From Gammaproteobacteria bacterium (GTDB lineage: Bacteria; Pseudomonadota; Gammaproteobacteria; JAKEHO01), in NCBI GenBank assembly GCA_022614965.1, contig JAKEHO010000017.1, positions 54,280 to 118,279 on the forward strand: a stretch of 64,000 bases of DNA. The letters are read 5' to 3'. Below are positions 30,604 through 38,966 of the stretch, piece by piece. Under the pieces are notes generated by a model that saw only the letters and a list, made by a program, of their open reading frames with translations, had not been told where the DNA came from and did no database searches. How positions within the stretch are numbered: position 1 is the stretch's first letter; each line of letters opens with the position of its first letter. The translations under genes and the position numbers were made by a program.

Positions 30604-31557
30604 TCACGCGGGGGTTAAGGGCGATTTATTCAGCAGCTCAGTGATTTGAATCGCAGTCTGCAATGCACGCTTGCCATCTTCGCCTGAGACGACGGGCTGT
30701 GTGCCAGACCGGATTGCCTCGAGGAAAAGTGCGATTTCGGTTTTGAGTGCGTCGCCATCCTCGAACGTTGTTTGTTCGCTGTCGATGTTCGGGATCCCAG
30801 GAAACATCTCACCATTGCCCTTTTTATGAACGGTCACCACTCGATTCTGAAAATCGATAGAGACATAGGAGTCTCTTTGGAATAAACGCATCTTACGCTC
30901 AGTTTTCATACTGACACGACTTGCCGTGACGTTGGCAACGCAGCCGTTTTTAAAAACTAGACGCGCGTTAGCAATATCGACTGCATCTGACAAGATAGAT
31001 GCGCCGGTCGCATCGATCCGCACCAAATCGGATTTCACCAGATTAATGATGATATCAATATCATGGATCATTAGGTCAAGCACGACATTGACATCCGTAC
31101 CTCGTGGATTAAAGGACGCTAAACGATGCGTTTCAATAAACACTGGTTTATCGCGTACTTTGTCAAGATTAAGAATCGCTGCATTAAATCGCTCCAAGTG
31201 CCCTACTTGAAGGATTTTACGCCGAGTTCTTGCTAGTGATATGAGGTCATCGGCCTGAGGAATGGTTGTTGTAATAGGCTTCTCCACCAATACGTGACTA
31301 TCATGCTTGATAAACGCTTTGGCTATGTCGTAGTGCAAACTGGTGGGTACGACGATGCTTACAGCCTGGACCCGGCCGAGCAATTCGCGGTAGTCAGTTG
31401 ACGATTCAACATGATACTTTGAAGCGACTGCGTCAGCGACCCGGCGATTCGTGTCCACGACCGCGACCAGTTTGCTATCGGGCAGTTGAGCATACTTCTC
31501 AGCATGGAACTTGCCTAAGTAGCCGACGCCAATAACCGCTGTGGTGATTTTTGCCAT
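30604..31557 (-). CDS. Gfo/Idh/MocA NAD(P)-dependent sugar(-nucleotide) dehydrogenase, GnnA/WbpB-like by context
   Basis: 317 aa. N-terminal Rossmann (AVIGVGYLGKFHAEK), the EKP motif (VLVEKPITT) and a C-terminal GFO_IDH_MocA_C domain. Directly upstream of, and co-oriented with, the aminotransferase. Confidence 0.72.
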   Translation of the reverse strand: MAKITTAVIGVGYLGKFHAEKYAQLPDSKLVAVVDTNRRVADAVASKYHVESSTDYRELLGRVQAVSIVVPTSLHYDIAKAFIKHDSHVLVEKPITTTIPQADDLISLARTRRKILQVGHLERFNAAILNLDKVRDKPVFIETHRLASFNPRGTDVNVVLDLMIHDIDIIINLVKSDLVRIDATGASILSDAVDIANARLVFKNGCVANVTASRVSMKTERKMRLFQRDSYVSIDFQNRVVTVHKKGNGEMFPGIPNIDSEQTTFEDGDALKTEIALFLEAIRSGTQPVVSGEDGKRALQTAIQITELLNKSPLTPA

Positions 31558-31680
31558 GGTCGACTCGATGCTACTGTATGTTCGACGGTATGATTTTCAA
31601 TGAAGCCGATGAAAGGCCTGTTCGATGAATGAGCTAGAGGATTTGAAGCAAGAGTTCAACAATATATGGTTCCTTATTTT

Positions 31681-32787
31681 TTATCGCTTCCTTAGAAGGA
31701 ATTCAAAGTCGAATCCAAAATCGGCACCCAAGGTTATGAAACTGGGCCACGTGCCCATTCTCTCTTGAATATGCCGGAAATAAAAGTATGGAGGCCAGCT
31801 TCTAAGCCGAGATCGTTGGGCCGCCAATTCACGCCTGATTTTTTCGGCTAGCGCATCAGTCCTGGGGTCGTCTGGAACTGTGATGGGTCGCTGTGTCTTT
31901 GAGGACAAGTCGAGCTCGTTCCGCAGCTTACCTACTGGCACCGCCCGCATCTTCTTACGCTTCGCTGGAAGATATCCGAGGGCGCGCAGGCCGCTTTTGA
32001 TGTGGATGTTTCGGAACCTGACACATTCGAATCCACATTCGGAGAAAAGGCGCAACAAATGCCGCTTTGTAAAGAAGGAGAGGTGGACTTGGCCTAAGAA
32101 AGGCAATAAGTCCTTCGAAGAACGCTGTAGGTCGTTTGACAGGTTTCTGACTGGTCCAAGATCTGCAGTGCCGTTGGGGGTGATCAATCGCAGATAGCCA
32201 CCCGCACGTAACACGCGACGGGTTTCCAGTAGGTGGTCGCGCGGGCGACGCACGTGTTCGAGCAGATCCTTCTGAAGGATATAGTCGAATGCGTTGTCAG
32301 GAAACTTTGCGTCTTCGAGAGTGGTACATCGTACGTTCAGCCCAAATTGCTGATCAGCGAAATAGGCAGCAAACTCTGAAACATCAATCCCCATAACATC
32401 CCAAGGGCTGTATTGTGTCAGGGAGTGCAAAACAAAGCCGAGCGCGCAGCCAACCTCTAGCAGGCGACCTCTCGGTGCAATCTTCCTTAACTGCTTTGCT
32501 AGAAAGTAGGCTTCACGCTCGTATCGCTGCTGTTGACGGGCATAGTCGCTGAAGCCGATGGCGGAATCCGAGTCGAAATAGTCGATTGAATAAAGGGCCT
32601 TCAATTCCGCCGGGCTGAGGCGGGGTCTGATCTGCCGGAACCCACAATGATCGCACTCACAAATACGAGCTGTGAACACACCACCCAGATTGACGTCAAG
32701 AATTGATCTGGTCAAACTCGGGGCATTGCAGATATCACACGGCTCATCTCGTTCCACTGAGGATCGGGACGTCTTAGGTTCCATCAT
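31681..32787 (-). CDS. class I SAM-dependent methyltransferase with N-terminal C4 zinc ribbon and a long uncharacterised C-terminal extension
   Basis: CDIC...(17)...CECDHC zinc ribbon, then MTase motif I (LLEVGCALG) and post-I/II (DYILQKDLLEHV; RVLRAGGYL). About 130 aa of C-terminus has no recognisable domain. Confidence 0.65.
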   Translation of the reverse strand: MMEPKTSRSSVERDEPCDICNAPSLTRSILDVNLGGVFTARICECDHCGFRQIRPRLSPAELKALYSIDYFDSDSAIGFSDYARQQQRYEREAYFLAKQLRKIAPRGRLLEVGCALGFVLHSLTQYSPWDVMGIDVSEFAAYFADQQFGLNVRCTTLEDAKFPDNAFDYILQKDLLEHVRRPRDHLLETRRVLRAGGYLRLITPNGTADLGPVRNLSNDLQRSSKDLLPFLGQVHLSFFTKRHLLRLFSECGFECVRFRNIHIKSGLRALGYLPAKRKKMRAVPVGKLRNELDLSSKTQRPITVPDDPRTDALAEKIRRELAAQRSRLRSWPPYFYFRHIQERMGTWPSFITLGADFGFDFEFLLRKR

Positions 32788-32793
32788 TCTTCT

Positions 32794-33297
32794 TCATGCC
32801 ATACCTGACGTTGATAAAGAGCCGCTCAGGATGCTACCAGGTAACGAGGCGGTCGTGTCCAATGCACGCGGATCCCCGCCAACGATTGAGAAGGTCCCAG
32901 ATCCCTGGCTGGATCGGTTAGGGCCGTTCGCAGGCTTGTACCGAGCCTTATATTGCCCTAATCTCGCTCGCGCCTGTCCAATAGGGACTATTAAACAGGG
33001 ATCTGCATTCCACCCGTTGGCATTCCAGGCTTTATTTACAGTGATTCCGGCCTTTCGGGCAAGCATGACTTGCCGATGATAGGGCAACAAATCGGTAAAG
33101 TGGAATAAGCATTTAGACGGACAGCCTGGTAGGGCAAAGCACAAATTGGGATCCCTTCGCCGACATCCTATAGGTAGCGCAGCGTTGAGGCGTGTTACTC
33201 GTGCGGTAAGATAATGCAGCCTAGTTGAAATCGAGGCTCGCGGATGGTCGGCGAGAAACGTAACCTGGCGTTCCGCCTCAATGGAGCTTGAGATCAC
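32794..33297 (-). CDS. hypothetical 167-aa ORF (GTG start) at the head of the minus-strand operon; coding status doubtful
   Basis: Its stop lies 6 nt before the methyltransferase ATG, which suggests coupling. The translation is low-complexity and R/A/S/G-rich with no recognisable domain. It could instead be a 5' leader or intergenic region. Confidence 0.25.
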   Translation of the reverse strand: MISSSIEAERQVTFLADHPRASISTRLHYLTARVTRLNAALPIGCRRRDPNLCFALPGCPSKCLFHFTDLLPYHRQVMLARKAGITVNKAWNANGWNADPCLIVPIGQARARLGQYKARYKPANGPNRSSQGSGTFSIVGGDPRALDTTASLPGSILSGSLSTSGMA

Positions 33298-33338
33298 AGG
33301 GATCGATAAAGTCCCATTAGTTAGCTCACAGATAGTCT

Positions 33339-34586
33339 ATGGTAGACACATCGAGGTTACTTTACTGGCCAGTCGCGTTAGGGGTGTTTCTTGCGCCAAT
33401 TGTGATGCTCCAGATCCCCCATGGGAGCGGTGCCTCCTATCTGTTACTGGCCTCACTCGGTGTGTTGACGCCTTTTGTTTCCCGCTATCGACCCTTCAGT
33501 CAGGATGAAAAACGCCTCTTTACCGTGGTGGGCGCGTTTTGCGCTGTGGCGCTCGTGTCCTATCTTTTGAGCGACATGAATTATCTAGGGTTCAGGAAAC
33601 TGGGGCGCTATGTCCGCCTGCTCGCCGTCATACCTGTCGCGTACATTTTCGTGCGTGCACGACTCACCCAGGGCTGGCTGTGGTATGGCGTCGCCGCAGG
33701 AGCCCTACTCGCTGGCGTTGTCGCCATGATAGGGGCCTGGGATGCCTCTCTTCAGGGTCGGGACCATTACCGCGCGGGTGGTAGTACCGGTCCGATTTTG
33801 TATGGTGATCTGGCGCTGGCTATGGGGTTCATCGCGCTTGCCGGGATGGGGTACTTTCACCAGCAGGGTCGTTGGCAGGTCCTTATGCCCCTGGTGGGGG
33901 TTGCCATGGGACTACTCGCCAGCCTGCTATCAGGGACCCGCGGTGGCTGGATTGCATTGCCCGCATTGGCCTTGCTTTGCCTGTGGTTCTATTGGAAGCA
34001 TCTGCAACGCTGGCAGTGCTCTACCTTGCTAATGCTATTGTTGGTTATTCCGCTAGCCGCATGGATGATCCCACAAACGGGTGTCAAGACGCGGGTCGAG
34101 GAGGTGCGAACAGAGATCGCCGCCTATCTTGATGGCACAAACCGTGACACATCGATTGGCCACCGCTTCGAGCTGTGGCGGGCGGCGTGGCAAATGTTCG
34201 AGAATCATCCCTTGTTTGGAGCGGGCGTTGGCGCTGATCAGGAGGCCATTCAGGCACAGATCAGGGCCGGGGAACGACACGAGGGTATCGCGCACTATCA
34301 AAGCCCTCATAGCGAATACCTCTCTGTACTTGCCAGTCGAGGCCTGGTCGGGTTCGTGGTGCTGATCCTTTTGTTCCTGGTACCCGCTTGGACCTTCTAT
34401 CGAGCGGCGCGCACAGGTTCTGCGGATGTTGCCCGACTCGGGCTAGCGGGTTTGGTCGTTGTGGTCGCATTCATGCACTTCGGCCTGACCGATGCGATCC
34501 TTGATCGGGTTCCTCCCATCCATTTCTACGGGCTATTCCTTGCTTTACTGACCTACCTGATCTCGTCTCTTGAATATGATGCATGA
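33339..34586 (+). CDS. O-antigen ligase (WaaL) / O-antigen polymerase family membrane protein (Wzy_C domain)
   Basis: 415 aa, about 10-12 TM helices. Periplasmic loop with GTRGGW...R and the H-x-E-Y-L...G..G motif (PHSEYLSVLASRGLVG). Confidence 0.65.
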   Translation: MVDTSRLLYWPVALGVFLAPIVMLQIPHGSGASYLLLASLGVLTPFVSRYRPFSQDEKRLFTVVGAFCAVALVSYLLSDMNYLGFRKLGRYVRLLAVIPVAYIFVRARLTQGWLWYGVAAGALLAGVVAMIGAWDASLQGRDHYRAGGSTGPILYGDLALAMGFIALAGMGYFHQQGRWQVLMPLVGVAMGLLASLLSGTRGGWIALPALALLCLWFYWKHLQRWQCSTLLMLLLVIPLAAWMIPQTGVKTRVEEVRTEIAAYLDGTNRDTSIGHRFELWRAAWQMFENHPLFGAGVGADQEAIQAQIRAGERHEGIAHYQSPHSEYLSVLASRGLVGFVVLILLFLVPAWTFYRAARTGSADVARLGLAGLVVVVAFMHFGLTDAILDRVPPIHFYGLFLALLTYLISSLEYDA

Positions 34587-34658
34587 TCCATGAGTAACAT
34601 GTGTCGGTTTCGAAGTCGGGGACACGAAGTGGGACTCCGTTTCCGGAGGTGACAGGTG

Positions 34659-35426
34659 ATGGAGAAAGAAAGTGGTCATACGCTAGGGCGGATCTCTGTT
34701 GTCATCATAACGAAAGATGCCGAGTTACACTTAGCAAACGTATTAGAAAGCACCGCTTCGTTCGGTGAGGTCATCATCTATGACAATGGCTCCACCGATT
34801 CGACCATTGATATTGCACGAGGCTTCCCTAACGTAGAAATAGCGACTGGGAAGTTCCTTGGATACGGTCCGACTAAAAATCACGCCGTCTCTTTGGCAAA
34901 CAATGACTGGGTGCTAACGATTGACAGCGATGAGGCGGTCTCGGAACAATTATTATATAGCCTGTCAAATCTAGATCTCGGTGATCCGAATAAAGCCTAT
35001 AGGATCAGACTCGATAATTATTTTATGGGGAAGAAGATTAAGTACTGCGGATGGGGATCGAACTGGCCAATCAGATTTTATAATCGAACGGTGCACTCCT
35101 TCACAGATGCTATGGTGCATGAGCGCGTTGTCGAGGTTAAGCACTCGCGCGAATGTAAGCTTGATGGCGCCCTGATTCACTATGCCGTCACCGATATTGG
35201 ACAGTTTCTCGTCAAGATCAACCGTTACTCAGAGATCCGAAAGGAAACATGGGATAGAGCCTACCCCGTGTTCGTCATTGTATTGCGTAGTTTGTGGGCA
35301 CTTTTTAGGACCTATGTTCTCAGACTTGGGTTCTTGGACGGATGGAGGGGCCTCGTAATTGCAGTCTCAGAGGCCAATGGCGTTTTTTACAAGTACATGA
35401 AGGTTTACGCAAAGCACAAGGCATGA
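34659..35426 (+). CDS. family-2 glycosyltransferase (LPS core type, WaaE/KdtX-like)
   Basis: GT-A fold (SVVIITKDAELHL; IIYDNGSTDST; DSDE acidic motif). ATG 8 nt after GGAGGTGA. Lower GC than the flanks. Confidence 0.72.
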   Translation: MEKESGHTLGRISVVIITKDAELHLANVLESTASFGEVIIYDNGSTDSTIDIARGFPNVEIATGKFLGYGPTKNHAVSLANNDWVLTIDSDEAVSEQLLYSLSNLDLGDPNKAYRIRLDNYFMGKKIKYCGWGSNWPIRFYNRTVHSFTDAMVHERVVEVKHSRECKLDGALIHYAVTDIGQFLVKINRYSEIRKETWDRAYPVFVIVLRSLWALFRTYVLRLGFLDGWRGLVIAVSEANGVFYKYMKVYAKHKA

Positions 35427-36490
35427 GGATTTGTCATATAAATCTTGCCAGAGGATTTCGCGGGGGCGAGCGTCAGACGCTATATCTGATGGAGGGTCTT
35501 CGAAAGCTGGGATGCGTCTGTAAGCTCTTTGCCAGACATAAGGGAGGACTTGCAGAGGCAGCACGCCGTGAAGATTTACCGGTCTACGGACTATCAAAGC
35601 CTTATTTCATTTCCGCATTCAAATTACGGGGCTATGACGTGATCCACGCACATGAGGCGAAGGCACACCAATTAGCAGCCATCACCCGGCGAGTTCACAA
35701 AAGGCCATTCATCGTGACGCGGCGCGTGGCGCGGGTACCTAAACGGAACCGCTTCACGGTCGCAAGGTACACGGCGGCGGCACATACCGTGGCTGTCTCT
35801 CACACCATTGCCGATATCTTGGTTGACTGGGGTCTGAAGCGCGAATGCCTATCGGTCATTTATGACGCAGTCAGGTTGGAAGATTGCTCAGATTTGGCGC
35901 GTGTGACTGAGCTAAGAAGGCGGTTTGAGGGTTACCAGGTGGTTGGCTCTGTGGGGGCACTGACAATCAAAGACAAGGATCCGGTGACCTTTCTCGAAGC
36001 TGCTCGCCATGTTCAAGATCAAAGAAACAACGTGGCGTTCGTCTTGATAGGTGGAGGTAAAGATGAGGGTGCCGTCCGAGCAAAAGCGAGAGAGCTTGGT
36101 CTGAAAAACGTCTTCTTCGAAGGTCATCAGGCGGATCCGTACTCGTATTACAGTGTAATGGACCTATTGGTACTGACATCAAAATCGGAGGGCCTAGGCT
36201 CAGCGATTCTCGATGCGTTTGCCTATCGGGTGCCTGTGGTAGCGACCGCCACCGGTGGAATTGGCGAATTGATTCAGGACGGCCACACGGGTTATCTCGC
36301 CCCCGTAGGCGATGCTAGGGCGGTCGCCACGAAGATATTGGAGGCGCTTGGCGAGCGTGCCAGGCGCAATGATTATGTTGACAATGCGTTGTCGCTGCTT
36401 AAGTCGCGTCACACTATTGATATGATGGCTAGCCATTATGCGAAGCTGTATCAAGAATTAGTCGAGGGAGACTACGCCGAACCCTGCTAG
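35423..36490 (+). CDS. family-4 glycosyltransferase (GT-B, RfaG/WaaG-like)
   Basis: EX7E motif region (SKSEGLGSAILDAFAYRVPVVATATGG). The ATG overlaps the GT2 stop (ATGA). The track ORF is extended 27 codons upstream. Confidence 0.82.
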   Translation: MRICHINLARGFRGGERQTLYLMEGLRKLGCVCKLFARHKGGLAEAARREDLPVYGLSKPYFISAFKLRGYDVIHAHEAKAHQLAAITRRVHKRPFIVTRRVARVPKRNRFTVARYTAAAHTVAVSHTIADILVDWGLKRECLSVIYDAVRLEDCSDLARVTELRRRFEGYQVVGSVGALTIKDKDPVTFLEAARHVQDQRNNVAFVLIGGGKDEGAVRAKARELGLKNVFFEGHQADPYSYYSVMDLLVLTSKSEGLGSAILDAFAYRVPVVATATGGIGELIQDGHTGYLAPVGDARAVATKILEALGERARRNDYVDNALSLLKSRHTIDMMASHYAKLYQELVEGDYAEPC

Positions 36491-36628
36491 CTCGGCGGAT
36501 GTCCGATGGCGTTGCGATACGGCCATAGGATAGGCCGAATGCAAGGCGACGATATGCCAGAACCGAAAACGTGCACGGACCCTTAGCCGAATGGTGAAAT
36601 CTGTGCGTGCTGTTATCACGCTTTGTTG

Positions 36629-36655
36629 TTGCAAGCTCTTGAGTTGCCTTACAAT
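36629..36655 (+). promoter_or_regulatory. sigma70-like promoter candidate for the small orphan gene
   Basis: TTGCAA, a 15-nt spacer, then TACAAT, about 30 nt upstream of the ATG at 36685. The spacer is shorter than optimal. Confidence 0.3.
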
Positions 36656-36684
36656 GTTGCCTCATTTGCCCGGGGATCATGTAA

Positions 36685-37089
36685 ATGAGCCAAATACATG
36701 TGCCGATCTCTATTGGTGAGCTCATCGACAAAATCACCGTCCTGGAGATCAAGATGGAGCGAATCGGCGACGCTAGCAAGCGCAAAAATGTACGAAAGGA
36801 ATTAGAGTTGCTTAATGAAACTTTGAACAGCTCTCAGGATGTTCGATACGATATCAGCAAGGAAAGGGCAGAGTTAAAGTCAATCAATGAAGCCCTATGG
36901 GATATTGAAGATCAAATTAGACTCAAAGAGGCCGAAGGGCAGTTCGACGAAGCATTCGTTGAATTAGCGCGTGCTGTCTATGTCAACAATGATAAGCGGG
37001 CGGCCATCAAACGTCAGATCAATATCCTTTTGCGCTCTGACATCATTGAGGAGAAATCCTATGCGGATTATACCCGTAACAGCCTGTAA
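36685..37089 (+). CDS. small (134 aa) predicted coiled-coil protein of unknown function; conserved-hypothetical (DUF-type) candidate
   Basis: Clean ATG ORF with markedly low GC (about 40-47% in sampled 60-mers). Charged heptad-like sequence (ELELLNETL...AELKSINEALWDIEDQIRLKEAEGQ). Sits between core glycosyltransferases and kdkA. Confidence 0.5.
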   Translation: MSQIHVPISIGELIDKITVLEIKMERIGDASKRKNVRKELELLNETLNSSQDVRYDISKERAELKSINEALWDIEDQIRLKEAEGQFDEAFVELARAVYVNNDKRAAIKRQINILLRSDIIEEKSYADYTRNSL

Positions 37090-37278
37090 TTGCCGAGCCG
37101 AACTGATGAAGTCGGTGTTGTCAACGATATCGTCTCAAAGCGGATTTCCTCATACTGCAAGCTCGTCTTGTTGTTCAGGGGCTATGTCTGCAAATGGCAA
37201 GGTATAGCCCTCTGCCAGTGGCTCGCCACCTACGCAAAAACTTTTTCGCAGGGATGCTGGGGCTACTCGGGTAAGCCA

Positions 37279-37989
37279 ATGTACCGGTGTGAGCAACCGC
37301 TGGATCACGGCTACATTCTCTACGACAAAGACGTTATCGCAAGTGCCGCGGATGTGAGTTTTGATCCCAAGGCATTGGCGAACTCCGGTGCGTTGGTTGG
37401 GGAGGTTCGAGGCCGAGGGGTGAACTATTTTATCAGGATGGCAGGTCACGACTGGGTGCTGCGGCACTACCGGCGCGGCGGGGCTATCGCGCGCATCATG
37501 GGTGACGCCTATCTCTGGACCGGTCGGCATCGCACGAGGCCGTGGCGGGAATGGCGCATGCTGGAGGGGCTTTGGATAGCAGGCTTGCCCGTACCCCGGC
37601 CTGTCGCCGCGCGGGTGTTGAGGTACGGTCTGGTGTATAGGGCCGATATTATTGTTGAACGGCTGGTCGGGGCACTTGCATTGAGTCAGTGGCTGAGGCA
37701 AAGAAGGCTTGATAAGGGGGCATGGAAGGCGATTGGTCGGTGCATACGTCGTTTTCATGATGCTGGCGTGTACCACCCAGATCTCAACGCACACAATATA
37801 ATGCTAGCGGGAGAGCAGGGAATATACGTTATTGACTTTGATCGGAGTGAACTGCGCCCTCCGTCTGAACATTGGTGCCCTAAAAATCTGGCACGTTTGC
37901 GTCGATCCTTAACGAAAGTCCGATCATTGACGGATACCTATTACTTTTCCGATCAGGACTGGCAGGCGCTTTGTGAAGGCTATGGTTAG
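37279..37989 (+). CDS. kdkA: 3-deoxy-D-manno-octulosonic acid (Kdo) kinase
   Basis: 237 aa from MYRCEQ. Collinear with Haemophilus KdkA as I recall it: GEVRGRGVNYF...LRHYRRGG and the catalytic loop YHPDLNAHNIML...DFD. The track ORF extends 63 codons upstream from a TTG. Confidence 0.78.
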   Translation: MYRCEQPLDHGYILYDKDVIASAADVSFDPKALANSGALVGEVRGRGVNYFIRMAGHDWVLRHYRRGGAIARIMGDAYLWTGRHRTRPWREWRMLEGLWIAGLPVPRPVAARVLRYGLVYRADIIVERLVGALALSQWLRQRRLDKGAWKAIGRCIRRFHDAGVYHPDLNAHNIMLAGEQGIYVIDFDRSELRPPSEHWCPKNLARLRRSLTKVRSLTDTYYFSDQDWQALCEGYG

Positions 37990-38144
37990 CAGATTTTCCC
38001 TGTTAATACCAAATGCCTATTCACCGGTCATCTGCAAGGAGAGCGCGCCGGTCCGATCTCGGAAACGGAGCCGCCACTTCACTGGCGGCACCGTTCTATC
38101 GGCATGTTGCCACATAAACAGTATGGTATTTTTGAAGGTGATCC

Positions 38145-38966
38145 ATGCCGCCTAAGCTCGGAATCATCGCGGGTGGCGGCGAGCTGCCGGCCTCGCTCAT
38201 CTCCATCTGCCGTGCCACCGGGCGCGAGTTTTTTGTCCTTGCCGTTGACGGCTATACCGACCCTAAGCTGGTTGAGGATCTGCCCCACGCCTGGACGCGC
38301 TTGGGGGCGTTTGAGACGAGCATTCAGTTGCTCCGGGGGGCGGGTGTCGAAGAACTCGTCTTGGCAGGCCACGCACGCCGTCCATCCTTTAGCGGGATGA
38401 TGCCTGATGCGCGGCTTCGCCGATTACTCCTTCATTTAGGGTTTGCTGCCTCCGGCGATGACGGGCTGCTTTCCGGGGTGATCAAGGAGTTTGAGGAGGA
38501 GGGATTTCGCGTGGTGGGCTTACAGAGCATTATCGGAGACGTGTTGGCTGTTGAGGGTGTGTATACGAAGTGCGAACCGGACGAGCAGGCAAGGCTCGAT
38601 ATCGCACGTGGCGTTAAAGTAGCGAGAGCGCTGGGAGCGGAGGATGTCGGTCAGAGTGTGGTGGTACAGCACGGCATGGTCCTCGGTGTGGAGGCGATCG
38701 AGGGCACGGACGCATTGCTTGCGCGCTGTGGTACGTTAAAGCGGGACGGCCCCGGGGGGGTTCTTGTGAAAGTGAAAAAGCCAGTGCAGGAGCGACGCGT
38801 CGATCTACCGACGATTGGTCTCAGCACCGTTCATGGAGCGGCAGGTGCAGGCCTGCGCGGCATTGCCATCGAAGCTGGCGGGTCTCTCGTCGTCGACCGG
38901 CGTGCCGTGACCCGCGCCGCCGATGCCGCTGGCCTCTTTATCATGGGGATCACCCTCGAGGCGTGA
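38145..38966 (+). CDS. lpxI: UDP-2,3-diacylglucosamine hydrolase LpxI (DUF1009)
   Basis: 273 aa. N-terminus LGIIAGGGELP, typical of the DUF1009/LpxI family. Immediately upstream of lpxB and overlapping it by 4 nt. No LpxH in the window. Confidence 0.7.
   Translation: MPPKLGIIAGGGELPASLISICRATGREFFVLAVDGYTDPKLVEDLPHAWTRLGAFETSIQLLRGAGVEELVLAGHARRPSFSGMMPDARLRRLLLHLGFAASGDDGLLSGVIKEFEEEGFRVVGLQSIIGDVLAVEGVYTKCEPDEQARLDIARGVKVARALGAEDVGQSVVVQHGMVLGVEAIEGTDALLARCGTLKRDGPGGVLVKVKKPVQERRVDLPTIGLSTVHGAAGAGLRGIAIEAGGSLVVDRRAVTRAADAAGLFIMGITLEA

Noticed and set aside
30604-31557. Assigning the Gfo/Idh/MocA gene specifically as WbpB (UDP-GlcNAcA 3-dehydrogenase).
   Set aside because: As I recall them, its sequence does not follow WbpB blocks. 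It looks like a generic Gfo/Idh/MocA dehydrogenase. The GnnA-like call rests on context, so it is left without a symbol.
32788-33338. RfaH ops/JUMPstart element (GGCGGTAG) in the divergent glycan-operon control region.
   Set aside because: Only a partial GGTAGCG was found on the plus strand, and no CTACCGCC on the complementary strand.
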